DNA of 64,000 nucleotides. It comes from Myxococcota bacterium (GTDB lineage Bacteria > Myxococcota_A > UBA796 > UBA2385). The DNA lies in the NCBI GenBank assembly GCA_044344255.1, contig JBIJDH010000018.1:32001-96000 (forward strand), given 5' to 3'. The notes under the pieces were generated by a model, which worked only from the letters and a program-made list of their open reading frames with translations, searched no databases and was not told where the DNA came from. Below, piece by piece: positions 52,672 to 62,401 of this stretch. A program made the translations under genes and the position numbers. Position 1 is the stretch's first letter; the number at the start of each line of letters is the position of its first letter.

Positions 52672-53620
52672 GGGCCCAGAGCCGCTTCGGGATGCCGGTG
52701 GCCAGGGCCCCGACGACGAGGAGCCCCGCGACCGCCCCCACGGCGAGCTCGATGACCATACCGACGACCCCGCTCAGAGGGGAGGGGATGGAGGCGAGCA
52801 GGTGCTCGACCGCCACGGCGAGGGGGTGGATGCCGTGGAGGAGGATCTGCCCGCCGACGAGCAGCATCGCCACGGTGCCGATGATCGAGATCGCGTGCAG
52901 CAGCTTGGGGGCGCCCTTGAGCATCAGGTTGCCGAGGCCCACCATTGAGCCACCGCGCCGTACGAGCAGCTCCCCGGCGTCGTCGAGCTTGATCAGCACG
53001 GCCACGAGCCCGTAGACGCCCACCGTCATCACGATCGAGACGACGTAGAGGGTGGCGGCCTGCGTGACGAAGGGAGCGGCGGCGACCTGACCGAGGCTGA
53101 TCGCGATGATCTCGGCGGAGAGGATGAGGTCTGTGCGGATGGCCCCGTCGATTCGGCTCTGCTCGAAGGCCTCGGGGGTCAGGGGCTCGGCTTCGGCCCC
53201 GCCTCCGTCGGCCTCCTCCGCCTTGTGCGGCATCAGCTTGTGGAGCACCTTCTCGACGCCCTCGTAGGCGAGGAAGGTGCCGCCGGCCATCAGGAGCGGG
53301 GTGATGGCCCAGGGCGCCACGGCGTTGAGGGCGAGGGCGCCCGGCACGAGGATCAGGCCCTTGTTCTTGAAGGAGCCCTTGGCCACCGAGAGCACCACCG
53401 GGATCTCCCGCTCGCGCCGGATGCCGATCGCCTGCTCGGCGGTGACGGCCATGTCGTCGGTGACGATGCCGCTCGTCTTCTTGGTGGCCGCCGCCGTGAG
53501 GTTTCCCACGTCCTTCGCCATGGCGCTGCCCTTGCGGGCGCTGACCGCGGCCATGGTGGCGACGTCGTCGGCGATGGTGGCGATGTCGTCGAGGAGGGCG
53601 ATGAGGCCGGAGGCGGGCAT
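52637..53620 (-). CDS. DUF808 family inner-membrane protein (YedI-like)
   Basis: GLIALLDDIA, RREREIP, KGSFKNK, AIRTDLILSAEI and KLDD. Confidence 0.9.
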   Translation of the reverse strand: MPASGLIALLDDIATIADDVATMAAVSARKGSAMAKDVGNLTAAATKKTSGIVTDDMAVTAEQAIGIRREREIPVVLSVAKGSFKNKGLILVPGALALNAVAPWAITPLLMAGGTFLAYEGVEKVLHKLMPHKAEEADGGGAEAEPLTPEAFEQSRIDGAIRTDLILSAEIIAISLGQVAAAPFVTQAATLYVVSIVMTVGVYGLVAVLIKLDDAGELLVRRGGSMVGLGNLMLKGAPKLLHAISIIGTVAMLLVGGQILLHGIHPLAVAVEHLLASIPSPLSGVVGMVIELAVGAVAGLLVVGALATGIPKRLWALIPKRRPASRG

Positions 53621-53745
53621 AGGCGAAGATCCGAGTGGAGTGGCGCTGACCTACCGTCGGAGGCAAGGGGAGACAAGTGCGACCTTTTTTGTGCTGTGCC
53701 CCCGGGGACCCTGGCGTCGCCTCTGTCGAGGGGTAGCCTGTCCAG

Positions 53746-55803
53746 ATGCGCGCTCCGCTCTCCCTCGTCGCCGCCTCCGCCCTGCTCTCTCTCCTGTTTG
53801 TCTCCCTGCTGTACGCGGCTCCGGCCCGCGCCTACAGCGCGGGACAGACGGGCAAGTCCACCACGGGGTGCGCCAATTGCCATGGCACGACGGCGAACGC
53901 CGCGGTGAGCGCCACCTTTGGGGCCACGACCACCACGCTCGCGCCCGGCGAGCTCGTGGCCTTCACCTTCACGGTGGGCAGCAGCAGCTCCAGCCACTCG
54001 GTGGGCGGCTTCAACGTGTCGGCCACCAGCGGCACCCTCGGCGCCGCGACGGGCACGCGCGTGGCCTCCACAGAGGTCACCCACTCGAATGACAAACACT
54101 TCTCGGGGGGCTCTGCCACCTTCGACTTCACCTGGACCGCCCCTTCGGCGGAGGGGGTCTACCAGCTCCGCGGGGCCGGCCTCGCCGGGAACCACGACAA
54201 CGCCAGCACCGGAGACGGTTGGGCGTTGGCCACGAGCCTCAACGTCACGGTCGACGACGGCTGCGACGACCTCGACCTCGACGGCTACGAGGCCTGCCTC
54301 GACGGCTCCGGAGAGGACTGTGATGACGACGACGACACCTTGAACCCGGGAGAGGTCGAGCGCTGCGACGGCCTCGACAATGACTGTGACGGCGCCATCG
54401 ACGGCCCCGACGCCGTCGGCGCCATCGCCTGGTACGCCGACCTCGACCTCGACGGGTACGGAGATCCCGGCAGCACCCTCGTCGATTGTGACGCGCCTGT
54501 GGGCTACCTCGCCGATGGCTCCGACTGCGACGACAGTCGTGCCAGCGTGAGCCCGGAGGGCGCCGAGCAGTGTGACAGCCTCGGCCTCGATGAGGACTGC
54601 GACGGCCTCGAGGGCGACCTCGACCCCGACGCCAGCGGCAAGGCCACCTTCTACGAAGACAGTGACGGCGACGGCTACGGTGACGACACGCGCCCCGTCG
54701 AAGCGTGCGCGGTGTCGAGCGGCCTCTCCGCGATCGGCGGGGACTGTGACGACGCCGACGTCTCCTACAACCCGGCCGCGCTCGAGTCCTGCGCCGACCC
54801 CGCCGACTACAACTGTGACGGCTCGGTGGGCTACGCCGACGCCGACAGCGACGGCTACGCCGCCTGCGTCGAGTGTGATGACCAGGACGCCCTCGTCTCC
54901 CCCGAAGGCACCGAGCGCTGTAACGGCGCCGACGACGACTGCGACGGCGTGGTGGACGAGGCCGACGCCGCGGACGCCGCGGTCTGGTTCATCGACGAAG
55001 ACGGCGACGGCGCGGGCAGCCCCGCCGCCTGGGTCGTCGCCTGCGCGGCCCCGGAGGGCTACGCCGCCACCCCCGACGACTGTGACGACCAGGACGCGGG
55101 CGTGCGCCCCGACGCCCCGGAGAGCTGGTACGACGGGGTCGATCAGGACTGTGACGGGCGCGATGACGACCAGGACGGAGACGGCTTCCCGCTCGCCGTG
55201 GACTGTGACGACCTCGACCCCGCCGTGCACCCCGGCGCCCTCGACGCCCCCTACGATGACATCGACGCCGACTGCGACGGCGCCTCCGACCACGATGCGG
55301 ACGGCGACGGCCAGGACGCGGCGGCCTCGGGGGGCACCGACTGTGACGACGCCGATCCCCAGACCTACGCCGGCGCGCCGGACACGGCGTATGACGGGGT
55401 GGCCCACGACTGTGACGCCACCGACGAGTACGATGTGGACGGTGACGGTTACGACATCTCCGCCGACTGCGACGACCACGACCCAGGCGTCTACCCGGGC
55501 GCCGTCGAGCAGTGGTACGACGGGGTCGATCAGGACTGCGATCTCAACGACGACGACCAGGACGGCGACGGCCTCTCGGTGGTCGTGGACTGCGACGATG
55601 AAGACGCCGCCGCCCTCCTCGACTGCGGGGCCGACGGGGCGTCGCCCGACGGCAAGGGCTGCGCGAGCGCGCCGCTCGGCGGGCCCCTGGGTGGGTCGGC
55701 TGGGGGGTGGGGCGCGGTCGTCGGGGCCCTTGGAGCCTGGGCGCTGAGGCGTCGGCGAGCCGGTCGGGGCGCGGCGGCGGCAGGCGACGGTCGGCCCCGC
55801 TGA
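53746..55803 (+). CDS. Surface protein: reeler-like/choice-of-anchor-V domain, MopE-like repeats and MYXO-CTERM-like tail
   Basis: Signal peptide; GCANCH; FTWTAP; many DxDGDG/DCDD repeats; KGCAS...TM...RRRR. Confidence 0.8.
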   Translation: MRAPLSLVAASALLSLLFVSLLYAAPARAYSAGQTGKSTTGCANCHGTTANAAVSATFGATTTTLAPGELVAFTFTVGSSSSSHSVGGFNVSATSGTLGAATGTRVASTEVTHSNDKHFSGGSATFDFTWTAPSAEGVYQLRGAGLAGNHDNASTGDGWALATSLNVTVDDGCDDLDLDGYEACLDGSGEDCDDDDDTLNPGEVERCDGLDNDCDGAIDGPDAVGAIAWYADLDLDGYGDPGSTLVDCDAPVGYLADGSDCDDSRASVSPEGAEQCDSLGLDEDCDGLEGDLDPDASGKATFYEDSDGDGYGDDTRPVEACAVSSGLSAIGGDCDDADVSYNPAALESCADPADYNCDGSVGYADADSDGYAACVECDDQDALVSPEGTERCNGADDDCDGVVDEADAADAAVWFIDEDGDGAGSPAAWVVACAAPEGYAATPDDCDDQDAGVRPDAPESWYDGVDQDCDGRDDDQDGDGFPLAVDCDDLDPAVHPGALDAPYDDIDADCDGASDHDADGDGQDAAASGGTDCDDADPQTYAGAPDTAYDGVAHDCDATDEYDVDGDGYDISADCDDHDPGVYPGAVEQWYDGVDQDCDLNDDDQDGDGLSVVVDCDDEDAAALLDCGADGASPDGKGCASAPLGGPLGGSAGGWGAVVGALGAWALRRRRAGRGAAAAGDGRPR

Positions 55804-55829
55804 GCCCCGGCGCGCGATAGGGCGCGGCG

Positions 55830-56372
55830 ATGGCGCTGCCCTCCACCGTGCATGTCTTCGAGATCGACCTCTCCCACGTTGATCGCGGCGTCTACGAGAC
55901 GCTCACCCTCAAGGTGGCGCGGCACCCCTCCGAGACGGTCGAGTACATGCTCACCCGGGTGCTGGCCTACGCCCTCGAGTACGAGGAGGGCATCGCCTTC
56001 TCCCAGGGCTTGAACGCCGACGAGGAGCCGGCCCTCTGGGTGCATGACCTCACCGGGCGCCTGAAGGCCTGGATCGAGGTGGGCACGCCCGAGCCCGCTC
56101 GCCTCCACCGCGCCAGCAAGGCCACCGGGCGGGTGGTGGTCTACTGCCACAAGGACGTTCGGCCCTGGTTCCGCGCCCTGGCCGGCCAGCGGGTGCACGC
56201 GCCCGAGCAGGTGAGCATCATCGAGCTCGACCGTGCCTTCATCACCGCTGTCTCAGCGAAGATCGAGCGCCGTTGCGCCCTCGCGCTGTCGGTGAGCGAG
56301 GGGCAGCTCTACCTCGACCTCGGGGGTGAGTCGTTCACCGTCGCCCTGACCCGCCACGCCCTCCCGGCTTGA
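55830..56372 (+). CDS. yaeQ: YaeQ family protein
   Basis: MALPST...DRGVY...ARHPSET...EPALW...WIEVG. Confidence 0.93.
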   Translation: MALPSTVHVFEIDLSHVDRGVYETLTLKVARHPSETVEYMLTRVLAYALEYEEGIAFSQGLNADEEPALWVHDLTGRLKAWIEVGTPEPARLHRASKATGRVVVYCHKDVRPWFRALAGQRVHAPEQVSIIELDRAFITAVSAKIERRCALALSVSEGQLYLDLGGESFTVALTRHALPA

Positions 56373-57642
56373 GGGGCGTAGGGTCGGCGGGGCGGGCGCG
56401 CTTGGGATCGGGGGCGCTGCCTGCCTTCTGGTACTTCTGGACGTTGGTGCGGGAGCGTGGGGGGGCGGCTGGCCGGGGGTCTTGTCCTTCGGCGTCGGGG
56501 CGGCGAGGCGGGCGGCCCTGGAGGCGATCGATCAGGGGCAGATCGCGCTCGGTGACGAGGTTGACGACGAGGCCAGGGCGCCCCGCCCGCGCCGTACGCC
56601 CGACCCGGTGGAGGTAGTTCTTCATCTCGGTGCAGAGGTGCACGTTGATCACCCGCCCCACGAGCGGGAGGTCGAGGCCGCGGGAGCCGAGGTCGGTGGT
56701 GATGAGCAGGTGCACCTCGCCCTTGCGGAAGGACTCGAGGTTGGCTCGCCGCTCCACCTTGTCCATCTCACCGCGGTAGAGCGCGACGGCGTGCCCATTC
56801 GACTTCATCCACTCGGCGAGGACATCGCACTGGTCGCGGGTGTTGGCGAAGAGGATGGTCCCCCCCTCGGTGCGCTCGCGCAGGAGCTGGGCGAGCTCCT
56901 TGAAGCGGTCACCGTCCACGACGGTGCGGTTCACCGTCTTGAGCGAGGCCACCACCCGGTTGCTCCCCTTGGTGCGGAGGATTCGAGGTGCGGGGCCGAA
57001 GAGCCGGGCGATGAGCTCCTCGACCTTGGGGGCGACGGTGGCCGAGAAGAGGGCGAGCTGGCGGCTCGGGGGCGTCTCGGCGATGATCTGGGAGACGTCG
57101 GGGAGGAAGCCGAGGTCGAGCATCTGGTCGACCTCGTCCAGCACCAGCATCCGCACGTCGCTGAGGCGGATGAGCTCGGCCTCGAGCTGCTTCTTGATGC
57201 GCCCCGGCGTGCCGACCAGCACCTCGAAGGGCCCGCTCACGTTGCGGCGCGCGATCTCGGCCGTGGTGCCGCCGAGGGCGCTGCGCACGCGCACGCGGGT
57301 GCCGTGGGTCAGCGTCTTCAGCACCTTGGAGACCTGCTCCCCGAGCTCGCGGGTGGGGACGAGGATGAGCCCGCGCGGCTGGCCGCTGGCCTCCACGGCG
57401 AAGCCGCCGCTCTCCAGTGACTTGCACAGATGGAGCATCGGGAGGCTGTAAGCGAGGGTCTTGCCGCTGCCGGTCTCGGCGATGCCTACCACGGAGCGGC
57501 CCGATCGGAGCTCGGGGATCGCGGCGGCCTGGATCTCCGTCGGCCGCTCCATGCCCTGCTCGGTGAGCGTCGCGACGAGCGAGGGGAGGAGGTCGAACCA
57601 GGCGCTGTTCGCGGCGGTTCGGACGGGGAGGGTGTCAGACAT
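56335..57642 (-). CDS. DEAD/DEAH-box RNA helicase
   Basis: Q motif PTEIQ, AETGSGKT, PTREL, DEVD, FSAT and HRVGRTAR. Confidence 0.92.
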   Translation of the reverse strand: MSDTLPVRTAANSAWFDLLPSLVATLTEQGMERPTEIQAAAIPELRSGRSVVGIAETGSGKTLAYSLPMLHLCKSLESGGFAVEASGQPRGLILVPTRELGEQVSKVLKTLTHGTRVRVRSALGGTTAEIARRNVSGPFEVLVGTPGRIKKQLEAELIRLSDVRMLVLDEVDQMLDLGFLPDVSQIIAETPPSRQLALFSATVAPKVEELIARLFGPAPRILRTKGSNRVVASLKTVNRTVVDGDRFKELAQLLRERTEGGTILFANTRDQCDVLAEWMKSNGHAVALYRGEMDKVERRANLESFRKGEVHLLITTDLGSRGLDLPLVGRVINVHLCTEMKNYLHRVGRTARAGRPGLVVNLVTERDLPLIDRLQGRPPRRPDAEGQDPRPAAPPRSRTNVQKYQKAGSAPDPKRARPADPTPLKPGGRGGSGRR

Positions 57643-57748
57643 GTACAGTGACTCCGAAACAATGACGGCGAGCCGCGCCCCGTATCCCGGCGCGAGATAG
57701 CGGGCCGGGAGGGCGAGGCCGCGGCGGCCGTCGAGCGGGGGAGCGGCG

Positions 57749-58417
57749 ATGGAGGTCGGGGTGCTGGTGCCGGCGCGGAACGAGGCCCGCAGCCTCTCCC
57801 GTGTGCTTGGCGGCGTGCGGGCCGCCCTGCCGGGCGCGCGGGTGCTCGTCATCGACGGCCACAGTGAAGACGACACCGTGGCGGTGGCCCTGGCCTTCGG
57901 GGCCGAGGTGCTGCGCCAACCGGGGCGGGGCTACGCCGACGCCCTGGCCGAGGGCTATCGGGCGCTGGCCGGCTGGCCGATCCAGGCCGCCTTGCAGCTC
58001 GACGCCGATGGTCAGCACCCCCCGGAGGCCGCGCCGGGCCTGCTCGCCGCGCTCGCCGACGCGGACGTGGTCTTCGGCAGCCGCCAGGGCACGGGCGTCG
58101 GCGGGGCCCGGCTCCGGCGGGCGGGCTCGGCGCTGCTGTCGGCCTCGGTGGCGCTCGGCACCGGGCGCTGGCTCCACGACGTGATGAGCGGCTATTGGGC
58201 CTGCTCTCCGCGCGCGGTGGCGCTCTTCGCCGAGCGGCTCCCCCGCGACCTCGCCGACGCCAACGCGCGGGTCATCGCGCTGCGGGCGGGCCTCCGGGTG
58301 CTCGAGCGGCCGGTGATCATGGCGCACCGGCTCGAGGGGGAGTCGATGCACGCCGGCTGGGGCGGGCTCCGGAACGGCGCCCGCAGCCTCGGCGCGGTCT
58401 GGCGGGCGGCCCGATGA
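57749..58417 (+). CDS. GT2 glycosyltransferase (DPM-synthase-like)
   Basis: VPARNE, IDGHSEDDT, LDADGQH, VFGSR and DVMSG. Confidence 0.88.
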   Translation: MEVGVLVPARNEARSLSRVLGGVRAALPGARVLVIDGHSEDDTVAVALAFGAEVLRQPGRGYADALAEGYRALAGWPIQAALQLDADGQHPPEAAPGLLAALADADVVFGSRQGTGVGGARLRRAGSALLSASVALGTGRWLHDVMSGYWACSPRAVALFAERLPRDLADANARVIALRAGLRVLERPVIMAHRLEGESMHAGWGGLRNGARSLGAVWRAAR

Positions 58418-59283
58418 GCGGCGTCCCCGGGGGCCTCGGCGTCTGTATCCAGGCCGGCGGTCGGGGCACCCGCTTGAGCGGCGCGCTCGACGGCGGGCTG
58501 AAGGCCCTGGCCCCCCTCGCCAGGGGGACGCTGCTCTCCTACCAGCTCGGCCGGGCCCGCGCGCTCGCCCCCGAGCGCCTCGTGGTGATCGGCCAGCACC
58601 GAATTGACGCCCTGCGGGCCGCGCTCGGCGTTGAGGCGGAGCTGCTCGTCGAGGCCGTGCCGCTCGACACCGCGGGCGGGCTCGTTCTGCTCCCCGCGGA
58701 GCCCGAGACCTGGCTCGTGGTCAACGTCGATCACGTGGGGGACGTCGATTGGGAGGGCCTCGTCGCCTCCCACCGGGGCGCGGCCACGGCCGTCGTCTAT
58801 GCGCAGCCCCACGAGATCCCGGAGGGGGTGGTAGAGGTCGAGGCCGGGCGGATCGTCCGCTACCGGGAGCGCCCCGTGCTCCGCGTGGACGTGACGGTCG
58901 GGCTCTATGTCTTCTCGCGCGCGGCCCTCCGCCGCGTCCTCCACGGCCAGCCCTGTGGCATGCCGGCCCTGATCGAGGCGCTCGTGCCGGAGGGGGTGGG
59001 CGTGTGGCGTCACCCCGGCACCTGGCTCGACGCCGGCACCCCCGAGCGCCTCGCGCGGGCCGAGCGGTGGCTCGAGGGGCAGGGCTCAGCCGCCGCCGCG
59101 GAGCTCGGGCAGGGAGGCGACGCCGCCGCGACGGGGATCGGCGGAGATCCACCACAGCGCGAGGTTGGTGAGCAGCGGAACCGAGGGCGGGCCGAGGTGC
59201 GTGAGGGCGGTGATCATCGCCCAGAACTCCGCGCGGGTGGGGGCGGGGTCCGGCCGCGCCCGCCCGAAGGGGCCGAGCGGTAG
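58414..59283 (+). CDS. NDP-sugar pyrophosphorylase / nucleotidyltransferase family protein
   Basis: QAGGRGTRL...K, PLDTAGG, VVNVD and WLDAGTPE. Confidence 0.8.
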   Translation: MSGVPGGLGVCIQAGGRGTRLSGALDGGLKALAPLARGTLLSYQLGRARALAPERLVVIGQHRIDALRAALGVEAELLVEAVPLDTAGGLVLLPAEPETWLVVNVDHVGDVDWEGLVASHRGAATAVVYAQPHEIPEGVVEVEAGRIVRYRERPVLRVDVTVGLYVFSRAALRRVLHGQPCGMPALIEALVPEGVGVWRHPGTWLDAGTPERLARAERWLEGQGSAAAAELGQGGDAAATGIGGDPPQREVGEQRNRGRAEVREGGDHRPELRAGGGGVRPRPPEGAER

Positions 59284-60222
59284 GCAGAGCAGCGCGCCCT
59301 CGTCGTCCCTCCGGCGGTGGGCGGCGTCGCTGAGGATGTGCCGGGCGGTCTCCGCCGTGTCGGCGGCCATCCAGATCCCGGGATCGAGGCGGATGAGCTC
59401 GCGGGTGACGCCGAGGAGCTGCTCGGCCACGGGCTGCACCCCCACCTCCTCGTAGGCCTCCCGGTAGACGTCGAGCTCGGCGAGGCGGCCGCCGCGGCAG
59501 CGCAGGACGTCGTCCCAGTCGAGGGTGCCCGAGCCGCCCGGGCAGAGCTCACCGGCGCGGAAGAGCACGCGGCCCTCGCTGCGCCGCTGTACGACCAGGG
59601 CCCCGTCGGCGCTGAAGAGGAGGATGCCGGTGCCGACGGTGTTGGCGAGGTCAGAGTCCTCGAGCGGGCGCAGCCGGCCCCCCCGGGTCTCCTCTCCGCG
59701 CAGGGTGCGACCATCGGGGAGCGGGCAGTCGAGGCCGAGGTTGGTGCGGACGTAGTCGGTGTACCGCACGGGCTCCAGGCAGAGGGCCGCGGGCGCGCGG
59801 GCGACACGGCGCAGGCGGGCTGTGCCGTAGCGGGGATCGTAGGGGCGCCGCATGCCGAGGGCGTCGGCCTGGCCGTCCCAGGCCTCGCCGGCCGCCTCGA
59901 CGGGGAGGCGCGGGCGGAAGAGCGGCTCGGCGGCGACCTGCACCGCCACCTCGCCCCCCTCGCCGGGCCTGAAGGGGCCCATCTCGACGACGTGGGGCAG
60001 CACGACCCGCTCGCCGTGGGGGCCCTCGATCCAGAGCAGATCGGCCTGGTGGGGGAGCTGGTCGGGCCAGGGCGGGGCCCAGTCGATGGGCTCGAGCCCA
60101 CCGTCGAGGGGGGGGGCCTCCACGCCCAGCAGGCACCGGGCCGCGCCCAGGCGCTGCCAACGGAGCCGCGACGGGAGGGGTGCGGCGAGGCCGCGCCCCG
60201 GCGGCGACGCGGCCAGGATCAT
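59086..60222 (-). CDS. Hypothetical protein with Nudix-like C-terminal region
   Basis: LANTVG...DG.LV.QRRS, GGSG and REAYEEVG (partial Nudix box). Confidence 0.6.
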   Translation of the reverse strand: MILAASPPGRGLAAPLPSRLRWQRLGAARCLLGVEAPPLDGGLEPIDWAPPWPDQLPHQADLLWIEGPHGERVVLPHVVEMGPFRPGEGGEVAVQVAAEPLFRPRLPVEAAGEAWDGQADALGMRRPYDPRYGTARLRRVARAPAALCLEPVRYTDYVRTNLGLDCPLPDGRTLRGEETRGGRLRPLEDSDLANTVGTGILLFSADGALVVQRRSEGRVLFRAGELCPGGSGTLDWDDVLRCRGGRLAELDVYREAYEEVGVQPVAEQLLGVTRELIRLDPGIWMAADTAETARHILSDAAHRRRDDEGALLCLPLGPFGRARPDPAPTRAEFWAMITALTHLGPPSVPLLTNLALWWISADPRRGGVASLPELRGGG

Positions 60223-62177
60223 GGGATGCGAGGGGCCCCGATCACCGCGGCGGAGAGCATCTCGGCCAGCTCGCGCGCCATGCGCTCGTGGCTGAAACGA
60301 GCCCGGGCGCGGTCCTGGGCGGCTGCCCCGAGGCGAGCCCGGGCGGGGGCGTCCTCCGCGAGGCGGAGGGTGGCGGCGGCGAGGGCGGCGGTGTCGCCGG
60401 GGGCGGCGAGCAGGCCGACCTCCTCGTCGATGAGCTCGGCCGCCCCTTCGGTGCGGGTGGCCACCACCGGCAGCCCGGAGGCCATCGCCTCGATGGTGGT
60501 GAGCGGCATGCCCTCCCAGTCCGAGCAGTTGATGAAGAGGTCCGCGGCGCCCAGCAGATCGGCGACGTCGGCGCGCAGGCCGGTCAGCCGCACACGGTCT
60601 TGCAGGCCAGCCGCCTCGATCAGGCCCTCGAGCTCCGCCTGTCGGGTGCCGGTGCCGACGATCGCGAAGCGCAGCTCTGGGGCCTGATCGCGCAAGGTGG
60701 AGGCGATGGAGATGATGTGCTGGTGGGCCTTTTGGGCCTCGAGCCGGCCGACGGCCACCGCGAGGACCTCCCCCGCCTGCCCGCTACCGCCCAGCGCCGC
60801 CCGCGCCGCGGCGCGGAGGGGGCCGGTGCGGCGCCCGAGCGGGCGGAGGTCGACCCCGTTCTGGATGACGGTGCAGCGCTCCGCGGGGAGGCCTGCGGCC
60901 ACGAGCTTGTCGCGGACATCCGGGGAGACCGCGACGACCTGATCGGCCACCCGCAGCAGCGGCCCAACGCGGGCGTACCGCTCGGCCGGCCAGCCATGGG
61001 CGATGTTCACTACGGCCACCCGTCGTTCGGCGGAGGCGAGGCGGCCGATCCAGGTGGTGATGAGCGAGTTGGCCACGATGGCGGCGGGCGCCAGCTCTTC
61101 GACGAGGGCCCGCACCTCGGCCACGGCGAGGGGGAGGTCGGCCCGCACCTTGCGGAGGGCGCAGGTGCGGTGGCTCACCCGCGGGTCGAGGGCCGAGACG
61201 AGGTCGCCCCCCGACGAGGCCACTACCACCGTCGTACCCTGCTCGACCAGCCAATTGGCGACCGTCACGACGTAACGCTCGGCCCCGCCCACCCCGAGGG
61301 TGTTGATGAGCATCAGCACCGGGGAGGGGGGCGGCGGGAGGGCCTGGGCGCGGACGGCCTCGCCCAGGCGCTGGTGCAGGCCCTCGACCAGCGCCCGGAT
61401 CTCCGGGCTGGCGGGTGGGGGGGCGCCGCGCCGCACGGAGTCGGCCCGCACGCGGTCGATGTAGGCGGGGGTGAAGGGCGCGCCCAGGTGAGCGAAGACC
61501 GGCGGGAAGGCGCGGGCCGGCTCCTGGACGAGGTCTTCGTAGCAGGCGAGCCGCATCCGGGGATGTCGGTCGAGGCCGAGGGCGAAGTAGAAGGCGTTGC
61601 GCAGGTACCAGAAGAGCAGCCCCCCCTCCTCGGGGCTGAGGTCGGGGCGCCAGACCGCGCGCAGCGCCTCGGCCACCGCCGCGGGGACCCGCGCCGTGCG
61701 CCAGCCCCAGCTTGGGGAGGTGTCAGACCGGACGACGGCGGTCACCACGTCGCGCTGGTGCTCGCCCCACTTCTCAGTGGCGGAGCGGGTGACATCGTCG
61801 GGGTGCCGGTAGATCCACAGCCCGCGTGCCTCGGGGAAGCGCTCGAGCAGGCGGTCTGCGTCCTGGCTGTCGCAGATCGGCTTGAAGATCTGGGCAGGGG
61901 CGGGGCTGAGGCGCAGGAGCATCCGCAAGGTGTTGTCGGATCTAAGCTGAAAATCGCGAAACGCGGAGTCGTGATTCTCGTGGTAGATGTGGGTGACCGG
62001 GCAGCGGTCGAGCACCCGCATCACCATCTTTGTGCCAGAGCGCTGGCAGCCGAAGACAAAGCTAAGCCGGCGCGGGTGCCCCCAGCCGTACCGGAGCTGG
62101 CGAAGGTGCTTTCCCTGTCGCTGGAGGAAGCCGGGGCCGGACTTCTTCAGATCGGCCAAGCTGCGAGGCAAGCTCAT
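60219..62177 (-). CDS. Sulfotransferase - GT4 glycosyltransferase fusion
   Basis: GCQRSGTK (5'-PSB), YRHPDDVTRS (3'-PB) and YEDLV; then GGAER, NGVD, VGRL..QK and EGMPLTTIEAMASGLPVV. Confidence 0.85.
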   Translation of the reverse strand: MSLPRSLADLKKSGPGFLQRQGKHLRQLRYGWGHPRRLSFVFGCQRSGTKMVMRVLDRCPVTHIYHENHDSAFRDFQLRSDNTLRMLLRLSPAPAQIFKPICDSQDADRLLERFPEARGLWIYRHPDDVTRSATEKWGEHQRDVVTAVVRSDTSPSWGWRTARVPAAVAEALRAVWRPDLSPEEGGLLFWYLRNAFYFALGLDRHPRMRLACYEDLVQEPARAFPPVFAHLGAPFTPAYIDRVRADSVRRGAPPPASPEIRALVEGLHQRLGEAVRAQALPPPPSPVLMLINTLGVGGAERYVVTVANWLVEQGTTVVVASSGGDLVSALDPRVSHRTCALRKVRADLPLAVAEVRALVEELAPAAIVANSLITTWIGRLASAERRVAVVNIAHGWPAERYARVGPLLRVADQVVAVSPDVRDKLVAAGLPAERCTVIQNGVDLRPLGRRTGPLRAAARAALGGSGQAGEVLAVAVGRLEAQKAHQHIISIASTLRDQAPELRFAIVGTGTRQAELEGLIEAAGLQDRVRLTGLRADVADLLGAADLFINCSDWEGMPLTTIEAMASGLPVVATRTEGAAELIDEEVGLLAAPGDTAALAAATLRLAEDAPARARLGAAAQDRARARFSHERMARELAEMLSAAVIGAPRIP

Positions 62178-62401
62178 GGGGGCTCCATCCGGGCGGGGCT
62201 CGGGCCTATCGCGGGGGCTTTTCGGAGGCACCTCCGGTGGGCGCATCGTCTGCGGTGGCGCGCCCCCTGGTCGGGACTGCGCAGACGAGGGCCGGCGTAA
62301 ACCAATTGTGCGAGGCGGGCCGCGGGGGCGCGCCGCCCAGGAGCGCGGACAGATGAGCGGATAAGCCGTGGCGGCATCCTGGCGACCCGAAGGAACCGCG
62401 C

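Noticed and set aside
56335..57642. Inactive helicase because of DEVD instead of DEAD
   Set aside because: DExD variation is common and all other motifs are intact.
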